From the IMG/VR virus record IMGVR_UViG_3300030118_004184, positions 1-28,254 of that record: 28,254 nt of DNA. The stretch is one strand, 5' to 3'. The first letter of the stretch is position 1. The number at the start of each line of letters is the position of its first letter. Positions 1 to 9,796 of the stretch are shown piece by piece. Source of the DNA: a virus. Lineage: Duplodnaviria > Caudoviricetes. The notes beneath the pieces were generated by a model. The model was not told the origin of the DNA. It saw nothing but the letters and a program-made list of their open reading frames with translations, and made no database searches. A program made the translations under genes and the position numbers.

Positions 1-101
1 TTATCATCAAAATGATAGCTATTTGATCCAAAAAAAAAATAAAACAAAATGAAAACATCGGCAATTTAGCTAAAACCAACATAGCCAGCTTGATATTGTA
101 C

Positions 102-213
102 AGTGGTTTAACCAATTTCTAACCTTCGAATCTCAGCCGTTTTCTTTGCGAGATCTGCAGCTCTGTACACAAAGATGGCTGAGATTTGAATTCTACGAAT
201 TGGATGAACCAAT
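102..213. repeat. ~110-bp imperfect palindrome, copy A (inverted relative to copy B at 23510-23622)
   Basis: Aligns by eye to the reverse complement of 23510-23622 at roughly 85% identity, with an identical core CTGCAGCTCTGTACACAAAGAT; self-complementary arms TTCGAATCTCAGCCGT/ATGGCTGAGATTTGAA. Confidence 0.9.
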
Positions 214-265
214 TTTTTTTCGAGAAAAACCGGGACTCGGACCAAAAAAAATTTTTGGATCTTCG

Positions 266-649
266 TTACAACCGACGATCAAAGAACTCGATACATGACC
301 TTCTTTTGTTCTCGTCGCCTTTTCCAACCTTGTTACATTCTTGGAGGACAAAAGATTTATTGATCGTGTTTGATATGGCCTCACATTCTTTCGCACTTGC
401 CGAGTTCGATTGATTTCCGGATCTTGTGTTCATTCGACAAAACATCTCTCGACACAAAGCTTCACCTTTATCTTTTATGTATTCCTTTGAACATGGAATC
501 TTGAGAAGGTCCGCATCACTCAAAGAACTATCGACTTCGATCATCTTCTCGACAATCCGAGCCGGTTTATTCTTCATGACTCCAGCGGTCAAGCCCGCGC
601 CAGCTGCACCGCCAGCAATCAAACCAACAACCAACAAAATCCATTCCAT
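266..649 (-). CDS. Membrane-anchored Cys-rich protein after the endolysin (possible spanin-like lysis accessory)
   Basis: N-terminal TM helix MEWILLVVGLIAGGAAGAGLTAGV followed by a domain with six Cys; start may be 670 (ATGA overlap) or 649 (AAGGTAGG upstream). Confidence 0.55.
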   Translation of the reverse strand: MEWILLVVGLIAGGAAGAGLTAGVMKNKPARIVEKMIEVDSSLSDADLLKIPCSKEYIKDKGEALCREMFCRMNTRSGNQSNSASAKECEAISNTINKSFVLQECNKVGKGDENKRRSCIEFFDRRL

Positions 650-666
650 ATCAATACCTACCTTGA

Positions 667-1584
667 TCATGTTCGACCGTAGTCCATACGCTTCATCGCA
701 ACTTTGATTAACGATGCTTTGTCTTGTAATAGATGGAAATCAGTACCGGCCGGATCGATCTTCCGTTTGGTTAAATGATAGTGACCACAAAAGCCTTTGA
801 AAGATCCAGAAGCCGCAACATGATCAACAGCATCGAGAGTCCTTGGAACCTGCAAAGGAATACCGGTCGCCAAACTGACAGCCGCCCAAAGAGCGCAAGT
901 CGCATCGAGTTGATGATCATAAAAACCGAGATGTGACTTCAGCCGCTTACCATGTACATAGTCATTGCTTTGAATCGGTCTTTTTCCAAAGCCTTTTTTG
1001 ATATACCAATCTTGATATTTTAAGCTGTAAGCGTTCGAGATTTCCAAGCCGATCGATTTTCTGTTATGACCTCCAGCGTGAAAAGCTATGTCTTCCATGT
1101 CGCATAACTGGAAAATAGTTCCGTCGTTATCTATGGAAAAGTGAACACCTAAAGATCGAGCCTTTAAGACGCGAGCCATCGAAGAAGAAGAAAGGCAAAC
1201 GTCCCAATGATTCACAAAATAACTCGGCGATCTACCTTTCGATTTTTTACTCTTACAACTTAAACCGCCTTCTTCATTCCACAATACAACCTTTGACCAC
1301 ATGATCGGATATTCTTCGCCACGAAAAATAATCTTTGCCTGTTCTTTTGTTTTATTTTTATTTTCAAAATTAACTTTGTCTTGACTGATATATGTATACA
1401 ACCGGCGGAAAGATGATTCGCCAAGAAGACCATCAACTTCAAGATCATGCTCATATTGAAACTCTTCAATGATTTCAATAAGTCTTTGATCAAACTGTTC
1501 GATATGGAGTCCGAACCATTCCGGCGACCAACCAAAGTCCAAAGCTGAATTTTTATTGTAGGCGATTTTTTCTTCTAAGGTCAT
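667..1584 (-). CDS. Endolysin: peptidoglycan-binding domain plus N-acetylmuramoyl-L-alanine amidase (Amidase_2-like)
   Basis: FQYEHDLEVDGLLG (PG_binding_1-like); HF.ID.DGTI.Q, AFHAG..N..SIGLE and GHYH....KIDP amidase motifs; start MTLEEK overlaps the upstream stop (ATGA). Confidence 0.85.
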   Translation of the reverse strand: MTLEEKIAYNKNSALDFGWSPEWFGLHIEQFDQRLIEIIEEFQYEHDLEVDGLLGESSFRRLYTYISQDKVNFENKNKTKEQAKIIFRGEEYPIMWSKVVLWNEEGGLSCKSKKSKGRSPSYFVNHWDVCLSSSSMARVLKARSLGVHFSIDNDGTIFQLCDMEDIAFHAGGHNRKSIGLEISNAYSLKYQDWYIKKGFGKRPIQSNDYVHGKRLKSHLGFYDHQLDATCALWAAVSLATGIPLQVPRTLDAVDHVAASGSFKGFCGHYHLTKRKIDPAGTDFHLLQDKASLIKVAMKRMDYGRT

Positions 1585-3191
1585 AATGCACTTTGTCGGA
1601 ATGGAGCGGCTAAGGTGAGAACACAAGAAGCCGAAGAAATCGAATAGTCTACACCGGTCACCATAAAACGAGTTCCGGCATATGTTCGATCGTTGGCTCC
1701 TTGGTTTACTCCATAAAAGATCCCGCTATGAATTGCAACAACATCACCACAACAAAGAGTCGCATATTTCAACTTGACCACGAGAACAAGCTTTTCATAG
1801 TTGAACAAATCCCATTCTTTTAATCTTTGGATATCTCCATTTGCCAAACTGGATCGATCAGCTGCAGCGGTCCAAGGTGAATAACCATATAAGCCAGTGA
1901 CGTTTCTTTCGTTATCAGACTGAACAGGAAGAGAAGCGGCTTTTGTTGATCCGGTTGTGTAAGTGATCGAAGAAGTCAATCCGGCTTTGTTCTGATAGAT
2001 GATCGATGAACGGAAAAAGGTGTTTTGTTGATCGTTACTATAAAGTTCGTGGGTGCGAAGTTCAAAGATATCACTATCATAAATTTTAGCCGCGACCGTA
2101 ATATTTGACGAGTTGAGCAGTAAACAAGATCGATAGCTGATCGCGTTCTGCCTCCAAACTGGCCAATGTCCAACTTTGGCGAATACCTCGATCAAGTTAC
2201 GAAAGCCGCCGGTCATCGGTGAGTTTACCACATAGCCGATTTCATAAGCTGATAAATTTGGAGCCGCACCTTTGAGATAACTCTTCCAAGTGTTAGCATC
2301 TTGTTGATCATAGAAAGAAGAAGACAATCCGATCCCGCTATTCATCGCCGGCGGATATGTTAACAAGCCCGAACCGGTTCCTGTTGTTCCCATCAACATT
2401 TTGCCGAAGATATCAGCCGGCCAACCTTGTAAATATTGGGCCGTGAAAACCTTATCGCTTGTTGTCAAGTTTACAGGACTATATACAGTCGGATATATGG
2501 TTGAACTGAATTGATAAGTATGTGAAAGAGTAAGAAAGCCCGCATTTCCGGAAGTGGTTGTTTTACTATCCCATTGAAGAATAAACTCGTTTCCGCTCGC
2601 CGGCTGACATCTGACAACTCCATAAGTACCATTTTCTTTGTGGAATCCACGGATATCATTTAGATTTAATTGCGTAGGAAAACCGGCTCCGTGATTTGTC
2701 CAGTTTGACGTTAAGGTCGTTTCTATTCCTGCTGAATAAAATAATGAAAACGGATCTGGTTCTTCTGCTGTACCGGCGGCCGGTGTAGTCTCATATCTTG
2801 TTTGTAAAGCCGAGATCAGATCGACAAACTCCAAGATAAATCGATTGTATCTTTTATTAATAGATCGAAGCTGACCACATGCGATCCTCTCTTCGTGTCC
2901 GTCCAGCTCACAAAACAGTTCGGCAAAAGATCCCTTTCTCACCGCTGGAAACAAGCCGGACATATCACCAACAACTGGAACCGTAAAACCGCCGAAAGTG
3001 ATCGACCATCGAAGAGGAATGATTCTTTGACCGTTGATAGTCGGACCTTCTCGATCTATTGCTATTGATCGTCCTGTGGATCTTATGTTGAAGATAATAC
3101 TTCCAGCCGTGAAAGAACGAATCGCCAAACGATAAGAAGGTACTATCGATCGATGTGTCAAAGCTCTCTTGAAACCGTAAGACCACGACAT
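1581..3191 (-). CDS. Tail tip/hub protein (putative)
   Basis: Second gene after the tape measure; beta-rich; C-terminal GDVV...FMVTGVDY...LTL signature typical of hub/Tal proteins. Confidence 0.6.
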   Translation of the reverse strand: MSWSYGFKRALTHRSIVPSYRLAIRSFTAGSIIFNIRSTGRSIAIDREGPTINGQRIIPLRWSITFGGFTVPVVGDMSGLFPAVRKGSFAELFCELDGHEERIACGQLRSINKRYNRFILEFVDLISALQTRYETTPAAGTAEEPDPFSLFYSAGIETTLTSNWTNHGAGFPTQLNLNDIRGFHKENGTYGVVRCQPASGNEFILQWDSKTTTSGNAGFLTLSHTYQFSSTIYPTVYSPVNLTTSDKVFTAQYLQGWPADIFGKMLMGTTGTGSGLLTYPPAMNSGIGLSSSFYDQQDANTWKSYLKGAAPNLSAYEIGYVVNSPMTGGFRNLIEVFAKVGHWPVWRQNAISYRSCLLLNSSNITVAAKIYDSDIFELRTHELYSNDQQNTFFRSSIIYQNKAGLTSSITYTTGSTKAASLPVQSDNERNVTGLYGYSPWTAAADRSSLANGDIQRLKEWDLFNYEKLVLVVKLKYATLCCGDVVAIHSGIFYGVNQGANDRTYAGTRFMVTGVDYSISSASCVLTLAAPFRQSAL

Positions 3192-3194
3192 AAT

Positions 3195-4061
3195 TTATTC
3201 TCGATGTGGGAAACTATGGTTTGCAGGAAAAGGTTCGAGAACATCAGGACCAATTTGTCTTGCTACTCGATCCGGCGTGTTCAAAGATGTACCTTGATCA
3301 AATGCCACTTCTCGCGGAACTGTTTCACCGGATGGAATGAGATCAAAGTTCACCGTCGAATCATCACCGGTCATCATCGGATGAAAAGAGAACAAAGTCG
3401 AAGTATCGACAACCAACTGAAGAGCCAAGGAAAACAAGATCCCATTTTCGTTAGTGATGATCGATTGTCCAACATTCGAGGCAAGTCTCAAACATGGCCA
3501 AAATCTATAATATCGAACAAAAGCCGGTTTTGTGTAAGTGAAAGAAAGACCTTCTGAGATGTTCATGGTGCCACCGTTGACCGAAGTGAAAGCACCGGTC
3601 GCACTTGTATATTTTCCGACTTCATATGTAGCGGCCAAATTTGGCGTATCAAATGCAATGTAATCATTTGCGCTTGGAAGTTTTGAGCCGGTCATGTTTC
3701 GGAATGGATCTCCTAAGACTTGAAAACTTGTGTCACCTGTATAGGGAAAGTTTGAAACAGGAAAACAATAACTTCGATCGGCATCACTACAGAAGGCGAC
3801 TGAATATCCACGGAATAAATGATTCTCCATCGCGCGCAGCTTGTTTGCGATGTCTTCGCCAAGCTTGAGCCGATCGCGTTGAATTGTAATTACTTGTCTG
3901 CTCATCGTTACGGCTCGATACATTCCGCCAGCCATCGATGTAGCTGTTTCCTGTTGAACTTCAAAATCAAAAAAAAGCTCTCCGAGTCTTTCACCGAGAT
4001 CAATCTCAACTAACCGACCACCGTTCGGTTCCGGATAAAAATAAAACTTTGCATTTCCCAT
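3195..4061 (-). CDS. Distal tail (Dit)-like protein (putative)
   Basis: 288 aa directly after the tape measure; call rests on synteny. Confidence 0.5.
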   Translation of the reverse strand: MGNAKFYFYPEPNGGRLVEIDLGERLGELFFDFEVQQETATSMAGGMYRAVTMSRQVITIQRDRLKLGEDIANKLRAMENHLFRGYSVAFCSDADRSYCFPVSNFPYTGDTSFQVLGDPFRNMTGSKLPSANDYIAFDTPNLAATYEVGKYTSATGAFTSVNGGTMNISEGLSFTYTKPAFVRYYRFWPCLRLASNVGQSIITNENGILFSLALQLVVDTSTLFSFHPMMTGDDSTVNFDLIPSGETVPREVAFDQGTSLNTPDRVARQIGPDVLEPFPANHSFPHRE

Positions 4062-4063
4062 TT

Positions 4064-6442
4064 TTAACTTCCACCGAATAATGTTGATTGAGCAGATCCA
4101 AAAGTTGAAAACCTTCTTTCGATCTCGCGTACTATTTGATCAACTGCGTTCGACTCGACAACCATTCCGGAAACATTGACCGTGATTCCGCCGGTGTTCT
4201 GTTTCATGGTCCGTTCAACTGTTTGCGGCTTCTGACCGGAAGCCGGAACGACGAATTCATTTTCATGTAACAAAGCAAGTCCGCTTTTTTGCGCGCCGGT
4301 GAACATCATCCCAGATCGAGCGGATGGAATATAGCCGCCGGATCTTCTATTATAGGTCCTTGTATCCATTGCGGTAAGTGTTACGATCTCGGCTCCAGTA
4401 TCAAGGATCGCACCGACAACATCAAGAACCTGATTTCGTGATGATTTGAAAAGTTTACCAATTGCAATTCCGAACTCTTTTCCAATAGTAGCCGGAAGAT
4501 TAAAAATAGCTTTCAAAAGTCCAACGATGCCAAGCCCGATCGCCCGCGGTAAAACATTGATCAGGATAGCCGGTAAAACTTCCAGCGCGACCGCGAATCC
4601 TTCGACAAAGTTCTGAACTCGCATCCGTGCATCTTTTAATTGTGCATCTCGAATAATTTTTTCTTGTTCTTTTGCTGTTAAAGGTCTTCCGAGTTCTTCT
4701 TCTTTTGCTTTAACCGCGGTTTCTCCAACTTGTTTAAGTTGTTGCCCGATTGCCGATATTGATCCAAAAGCTGATGTAATCGCTCCGGCGAGTGGTCCCG
4801 CTATTTGTGTTACTAAAGTTTGCACGGCTTGAAAAGATCCAGATATGGCTTCTGTTATATTGACTCCGAATTCGATAGCCGCAATTCTAAATTGTTGTTT
4901 TAATTCTGATAAATCAATATTATTTAGTTCATCGGCTAACTTAGCGAACTCGGCTTGTGTGTTCTGGAAGATTTGCGATTCAAGTTCGGCTTTGAAGTTA
5001 AGAATGGGATCGATAGGCATCTTGAGTTTTTCAAAGAGCCGAATCAATCCGCCGGTTTTTTTGAGAGCACCTTCAAGAGTGATATCTCCCATTTCAAGAG
5101 TTCTCATCAAGTCCGCGAGCTTTTCTTTTGCCTTCTCCTGTGCCTTAATTAATCTTTCGGCGGCTTTCTCGGCCGCACTTTTACCGGTCTTTTTTGCTCC
5201 GGCTGAATCTTTTCCGGCTTCTTTATCAAGATCAACAAATAGCTTTTTCAACTCTTTGAGAGATTGAGAAGCGTTTTTTCCACTCGCTCCGGTATTATCG
5301 ACCGTTTTATTAAATCCAGAGATTGCTTCACGAGCTTCAGCCGCGGCTTGTTTGGCTTGGCTGATCCTTGCACTTGTGTTTTGAAAGATACCTGTTCCGG
5401 CCGGTGCTTTTGTTATGCTTTGGATCAAGTTTCCAAGATCATCCGCGACCTTAGGCGCGACCGCGCCGAGAAGTTTTAATCCATCAATGAAAAACTTGAA
5501 TCGACCAACTACAACATTAAAAATTGCTTTTCCTAAGATATTGATCTCTTTGGCAAATAGCCGGATCATTTCAGCGACAAAGACCACGGTTCCGATAGTC
5601 GCACTCAATAAACTATTGAAAGACTTGTAACCGCCCAAAGCCGAGACTATACGATCGCGCGCAAATGCAAAAGCCAAGCTAAGAGCCGCGAGCTTTTGCT
5701 GAAACTCGGCCGCATCAGCTGCACTCTTTTGAGTGTCGACTCCAAACTTTTCAGTGAACTTGATAAAGTTCTCGATCGGTCCAGTGTTGCCAAGTGCAAC
5801 CAAAAGATTACCGACATCACGCTTGAATATTCTTTGAGCCGCGGCCGTTCTTAGTTCGGCGTCTTCCATGTTCTGTAGTGTGGTAATGATATCTTTGAAA
5901 ACTTCATCACTGGAGCGATATCCGTCCGCAGCATTTCCGATCTCGATTCCCATTTGTTTTAGGATTCGATTACTATCCGATCCTTCTTTCCTTATGTCCG
6001 CGAGTCGTTGAGGAAACTTCTTAACGAATGTATCCGCTTGACTTGCGCTTTGTCCGGATGCCTCAAAAGCAAGACTCACCGCTTGAATAGTTGACGCGCT
6101 AAGGTTCGAAGCTGTTGATAAATCATTGAGCCGGTTTATTGCATCGACGGCATCACGCGTAAAGTTGAACATTGATTCGCCGACATTTTGAAGAATCGAC
6201 GGCAAAGATAACAAAGCATCTTTTCCAAACTTGGCCGCAGATGTAAAGCTTTTAAGAGAGATAGCTGATTTCTTTGAAGCTTTACCGGTCATCGTAAGTC
6301 CAGAAGATGCTTCTTTGCTTTCCTTCTCGAGCTTGTCAAGACTCAAAGCCGCTTTTTTAGAATCGCCGGCGACCTCTTTAAGTCCTCTTTCGGCTCCTTT
6401 CGTTTCGATGTCGAGTATATATTTAATAATGTTTTCGGCCAT
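4064..6442 (-). CDS. Tail tape measure protein
   Basis: 792 aa, Ala/Gly-rich and helical; follows the chaperone pair; C-terminal GG.IP...GLALLHENEFVVP motif and ITVNVSG. Confidence 0.92.
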   Translation of the reverse strand: MAENIIKYILDIETKGAERGLKEVAGDSKKAALSLDKLEKESKEASSGLTMTGKASKKSAISLKSFTSAAKFGKDALLSLPSILQNVGESMFNFTRDAVDAINRLNDLSTASNLSASTIQAVSLAFEASGQSASQADTFVKKFPQRLADIRKEGSDSNRILKQMGIEIGNAADGYRSSDEVFKDIITTLQNMEDAELRTAAAQRIFKRDVGNLLVALGNTGPIENFIKFTEKFGVDTQKSAADAAEFQQKLAALSLAFAFARDRIVSALGGYKSFNSLLSATIGTVVFVAEMIRLFAKEINILGKAIFNVVVGRFKFFIDGLKLLGAVAPKVADDLGNLIQSITKAPAGTGIFQNTSARISQAKQAAAEAREAISGFNKTVDNTGASGKNASQSLKELKKLFVDLDKEAGKDSAGAKKTGKSAAEKAAERLIKAQEKAKEKLADLMRTLEMGDITLEGALKKTGGLIRLFEKLKMPIDPILNFKAELESQIFQNTQAEFAKLADELNNIDLSELKQQFRIAAIEFGVNITEAISGSFQAVQTLVTQIAGPLAGAITSAFGSISAIGQQLKQVGETAVKAKEEELGRPLTAKEQEKIIRDAQLKDARMRVQNFVEGFAVALEVLPAILINVLPRAIGLGIVGLLKAIFNLPATIGKEFGIAIGKLFKSSRNQVLDVVGAILDTGAEIVTLTAMDTRTYNRRSGGYIPSARSGMMFTGAQKSGLALLHENEFVVPASGQKPQTVERTMKQNTGGITVNVSGMVVESNAVDQIVREIERRFSTFGSAQSTLFGGS

Positions 6443-6443
6443 T

Positions 6444-6665
6444 TTATAAACTTCTCAGCAAATCAGATATGTTAACAGTAGGAAATAACATAGCTTTTTT
6501 TCTGTTACTTTGCTTCATCAATTTATTCATCCGATAGGATCGGCTTTTCAAACACCTGATATTGAACATGATCTCTTGAAAAGAGAGGCCCAAAAGATCA
6601 GAAGGTAAGACCCCATAACTATCGGCCAAGATATCAAACAGATCGAAGATTTGAGGATCGTTTTC
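6444..6665 (-). CDS. C-terminal (gpT-like) part of the frameshifted tail assembly chaperone
   Basis: +1 frame opens across the chaperone stop; FDILADSYGVLPSDLLGLS resembles gpT-type motifs; ends 1 nt before the TMP start. Confidence 0.75.
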   Translation of the reverse strand, partial: ENDPQIFDLFDILADSYGVLPSDLLGLSFQEIMFNIRCLKSRSYRMNKLMKQSNRKKAMLFPTVNISDLLRSL

Positions 6666-6678
6666 AAAGGGACCCCCG
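6661..6678 (-). other. Programmed +1 frameshift cassette CGG GGG TCC CTT TGA (prfB-like)
   Basis: SD-like GGGGG, 3-nt spacer, then CTT TGA; same layout as E. coli prfB AGG GGG TAT CTT TGA. Confidence 0.7.
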
Positions 6679-7152
6679 AATGCTTTCGACGGCTTTCTTG
6701 TGACCTTGCAAAGCATGATCAAGGATTTGCTTTCGGTCATCTTCTGGAATCATGCCAACCCAAAGCCGGTTTTTTTCCGCATCTTGTTGATCGACACCTT
6801 CAACAAGAATGATATTTTGCCATGTCTCGCCATTGTCGGAAGATGCTCTTTTGATAACTCGACAAAGAATCTTGTCGTGTGCTTCTCCCATGGCTTCGAT
6901 ATTTTCCGGTCTTATTCTTTTAGCCAGCTGCAGAATCTCTTCAAAGTTCTGATCTGTTTCATCATCCTTGATCTGACTCATGGCTTGCAGTTGTTTCGGA
7001 TCAGCCATCGCGGCCGCTAACAATCCCGATGTCAGACCGGCCGCGTGTGCTTCACTCGGTGAAAGAATCCGACCTTCAAGAAGTAGCTTTCCAGCAAAAG
7101 CGGATACTGTGAATTTCGATTGTGAAATTATTTGATTGATTATGTGTTTCAT
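6664..7152 (-). CDS. Tail assembly chaperone (gpG-like)
   Basis: Lies between tail tube and TMP, with an overlapping downstream frame. Confidence 0.8.
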   Translation of the reverse strand: MKHIINQIISQSKFTVSAFAGKLLLEGRILSPSEAHAAGLTSGLLAAAMADPKQLQAMSQIKDDETDQNFEEILQLAKRIRPENIEAMGEAHDKILCRVIKRASSDNGETWQNIILVEGVDQQDAEKNRLWVGMIPEDDRKQILDHALQGHKKAVESIRGSL

Positions 7153-7191
7153 TGTCAGCCCAATTTTTTATTTTTATTTTATTAAAAAAAA

Positions 7192-8151
7192 TTAAATAGA
7201 ATCATTCCTATCATTTCGAATTTGTATTTCCAAAGCTTCATTTGATGAATCGGAAAAGCCCAAAAAGGTAAAGCTTTGAGTTAACCGACCGACCGTATCA
7301 ATAGCGTCGTCAAAGTCCGTGATTACTGCATTATGGATCAACAACTTGATATAATTACTTGTTCCAGTCTCAACAAACTCGATCACGATATCATGAGGAA
7401 CCCCAGAAAGCTGCAGATCATAAAGCGTATCATTTTCCTGATAACACTCTGCAGAAAGTTCAACTGATCGGAAGTCGGTTATTTCTGGTTCTTCTGTTAA
7501 CTTGGAACCAAGTACATTTTTGCGCTCGATGTTATTGTTCAAAGTTAGAGTAAAGTTGATCAGCTTATAGTTAACAGTAGCACCACCGGCGGAAGGTGTG
7601 ATTTGCATCGCTGAACTTTCATAATGAAAAGCTTGTTTTCCAGTTCCGAAAGTAGGTGAAGCAGTACCGGATCGAGTATTTGCTGTTTGTGCAATGATCT
7701 CAAATGATGCTTTGATCTCTTCGCCGGCCGCACCGCTTATTTCCATTGACTGAACTTTACAACCAAGAAAGGTTTCTCTATTTCCTGATCCTCGTTGCAA
7801 CTGGATCGAGATAGCCGGAAGATCGGTAGTCCCACATTTATAATCATGGATGAAAAGCGCACCGTCTGGAGTCGTGGTTTTTTGTCCACAAGCCGCATAT
7901 AGGAAAAGGCCTGCATGATCATATCTTAAAGGAATCTCGATTGCTCCGCCGGCTTCCTCGAAAATATCAAAATGATTTTGTGAGAAGGCTCCGTCGCTGG
8001 TTGATAGATCAGACTTGCGATCTCGTTGTTGAGATCTCGCCAAGGATACAGAATACAACCGCGCGCTATTTTGGAAAGCTGCGCAAATGGTGCCGTATGT
8101 TCCTTCTTCACCTGCATTGATAAAAGAGTTTCTTCCGAATATTTGAGCCAT
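7192..8151 (-). CDS. Major tail tube protein
   Basis: GRNS....GEEGTYG N-terminus, FLGCKVQSMEIS and NFTLTLNNNIE motifs typical of tail tube proteins; synteny. Confidence 0.85.
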   Translation of the reverse strand: MAQIFGRNSFINAGEEGTYGTICAAFQNSARLYSVSLARSQQRDRKSDLSTSDGAFSQNHFDIFEEAGGAIEIPLRYDHAGLFLYAACGQKTTTPDGALFIHDYKCGTTDLPAISIQLQRGSGNRETFLGCKVQSMEISGAAGEEIKASFEIIAQTANTRSGTASPTFGTGKQAFHYESSAMQITPSAGGATVNYKLINFTLTLNNNIERKNVLGSKLTEEPEITDFRSVELSAECYQENDTLYDLQLSGVPHDIVIEFVETGTSNYIKLLIHNAVITDFDDAIDTVGRLTQSFTFLGFSDSSNEALEIQIRNDRNDSI

Positions 8152-8161
8152 GATTTTAATC

Positions 8162-8929
8162 CTAAGGTAAAAGGTTTCGTATTCTTAAAAGTGCGCGCGC
8201 GCTCAAGGTTTGAGTTAGACCGCTGGAAGTTGTAACAATCTCAACGGCTATAGTATAATCAACGCCGGCCGATCCTGCTTTAACTTTTACACCGACCCAA
8301 GAAGGCAAAAATCTTGTTTCGCCTTCTGTATATCGATTGGCATCATCTGATCCAGCTGCATCGAGAGACTGAACTTTGATATATTTTATCTGCTCATAAT
8401 CGAGATGGTTATTATATTGACTGATTCGACGAGTCAACAAAGAGCCAACACGAAACCAAATATAAACCTCTTCATCGACTGTCTTCTGAAAAGATGCGGC
8501 CGGTGAGTCATTTCCTTGACCTTGTTCGAGATTTCCAACCGACAAAGAAGAAGGTCTATTCAAAGCTATCGTTCCGATCTTTGGTGAACTTGCGACAAAT
8601 GTTCCAGCAAGATCAGAAGATTGATCTGGATTATTAAAATAAATATAAAGAAGCGCAACACTGTTGCGATTTTGAAAGTTGACATTATCACCTTGTAACG
8701 TCAAAGATCTATCTGCATAATTAAAGACACTTCTTGTAAATGTTTCAGCGTTTCCTTCTGGATCTGCAAGAACGATATCGAAACCATCCGGCCGAATAGA
8801 AGTCCAAAACCTCTCAAAGTCTTTTGGAACAACTATCTCAACATCTTCTGTTCCGGCTGTTTCAGCACCACCAACAACGTTGATAGCTACAGGATAACGA
8901 TCTTTGAAATTTGAATCATACCATGTCAT
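8162..8929 (-). CDS. Virion protein with DUF2341-like N-terminus
   Basis: WYDSNFKDRYPVAI...DGFDIVLAD...LYIYFNNP resembles the DUF2341 pattern; lies in the head-tail block. Confidence 0.5.
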   Translation of the reverse strand: MTWYDSNFKDRYPVAINVVGGAETAGTEDVEIVVPKDFERFWTSIRPDGFDIVLADPEGNAETFTRSVFNYADRSLTLQGDNVNFQNRNSVALLYIYFNNPDQSSDLAGTFVASSPKIGTIALNRPSSLSVGNLEQGQGNDSPAASFQKTVDEEVYIWFRVGSLLTRRISQYNNHLDYEQIKYIKVQSLDAAGSDDANRYTEGETRFLPSWVGVKVKAGSAGVDYTIAVEIVTTSSGLTQTLSARALLRIRNLLP

Positions 8930-8931
8930 AG

Positions 8932-9384
8932 TTAAACACCGTTATCGGATTGAAATTTAATAGTTGCACGAATATAACCGATTCCGATTCCATTTAGCCC
9001 GACTTTGTCTCCGTCGATACTTGTGAAATCACATTTGATATCATCGACATCATCCGGCAAAGATAGATTTCTGATAGCTGTTAGTTTGCTGATCATGTCG
9101 CTCGAGATATTCAAAGCCGCATCACTACGTTCTTCGAATGAAGCACCACCAACAAAACAATATATCTCGAAGAGAGCATCACCTCGATAACGTCCCATAG
9201 TAGGACCGTAATCTTCGATCGCATCTTCGAACCTTACACACGCAAACGGGATCACCGGTGGTTCGTCGACCATTCCTCGAATCACATTTCCTGTAAGATT
9301 CAAACCAGAAAAGCCGGCCGCATATGATACACCGATCAGTTCTTGGATCTTCTTATGGATTTTGACTATTCGACAATCGGCCAT
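8932..9384 (-). CDS. Tail terminator/completion protein (putative)
   Basis: 150 aa, PFACV motif, position after the gp10-like gene. Confidence 0.55.
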   Translation of the reverse strand: MADCRIVKIHKKIQELIGVSYAAGFSGLNLTGNVIRGMVDEPPVIPFACVRFEDAIEDYGPTMGRYRGDALFEIYCFVGGASFEERSDAALNISSDMISKLTAIRNLSLPDDVDDIKCDFTSIDGDKVGLNGIGIGYIRATIKFQSDNGV

Positions 9385-9385
9385 G

Positions 9386-9796
9386 TTATTCTCGTTGACC
9401 GTAAAAATCAGGATCTCGCAAATATAAACCGAGATACTTTCTCAAGTCGTTTGGCACAAAGTTATTCACCTTTTCAAAAGCTCGGCGAAGATAATATCTC
9501 GGAGCCATCGATCCTTTTCCGCTGGTTCCAAGTTCAACAAATCGCGCATAGAAAGCGGATTCATTTCCAGCCGTGAGAGAAATCAAGAACTCGTCTTGTG
9601 TCGGTTTGACTGTTGCCTTGATCGACTTGTAAAGTTCGCCGGTTCTTCTTCGTGGATATGTGGTTGCGTTCTTCTTTGCCTCATATGAAAGCTGTCTTCG
9701 TACTCGCACCGCTAACCGTTCAAAGGTCTTTCTTGTGTTAAGGTGTTTTCTGTTCATCAAATCGACAAACTGATCAAATCTATAAACTCGACTCAT
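9386..9796 (-). CDS. HK97 gp10-like tail completion protein
   Basis: RTGELYKSI, YARFVELGT and MAPRYYLRRAF motifs. Confidence 0.88.
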   Translation of the reverse strand: MSRVYRFDQFVDLMNRKHLNTRKTFERLAVRVRRQLSYEAKKNATTYPRRRTGELYKSIKATVKPTQDEFLISLTAGNESAFYARFVELGTSGKGSMAPRYYLRRAFEKVNNFVPNDLRKYLGLYLRDPDFYGQRE

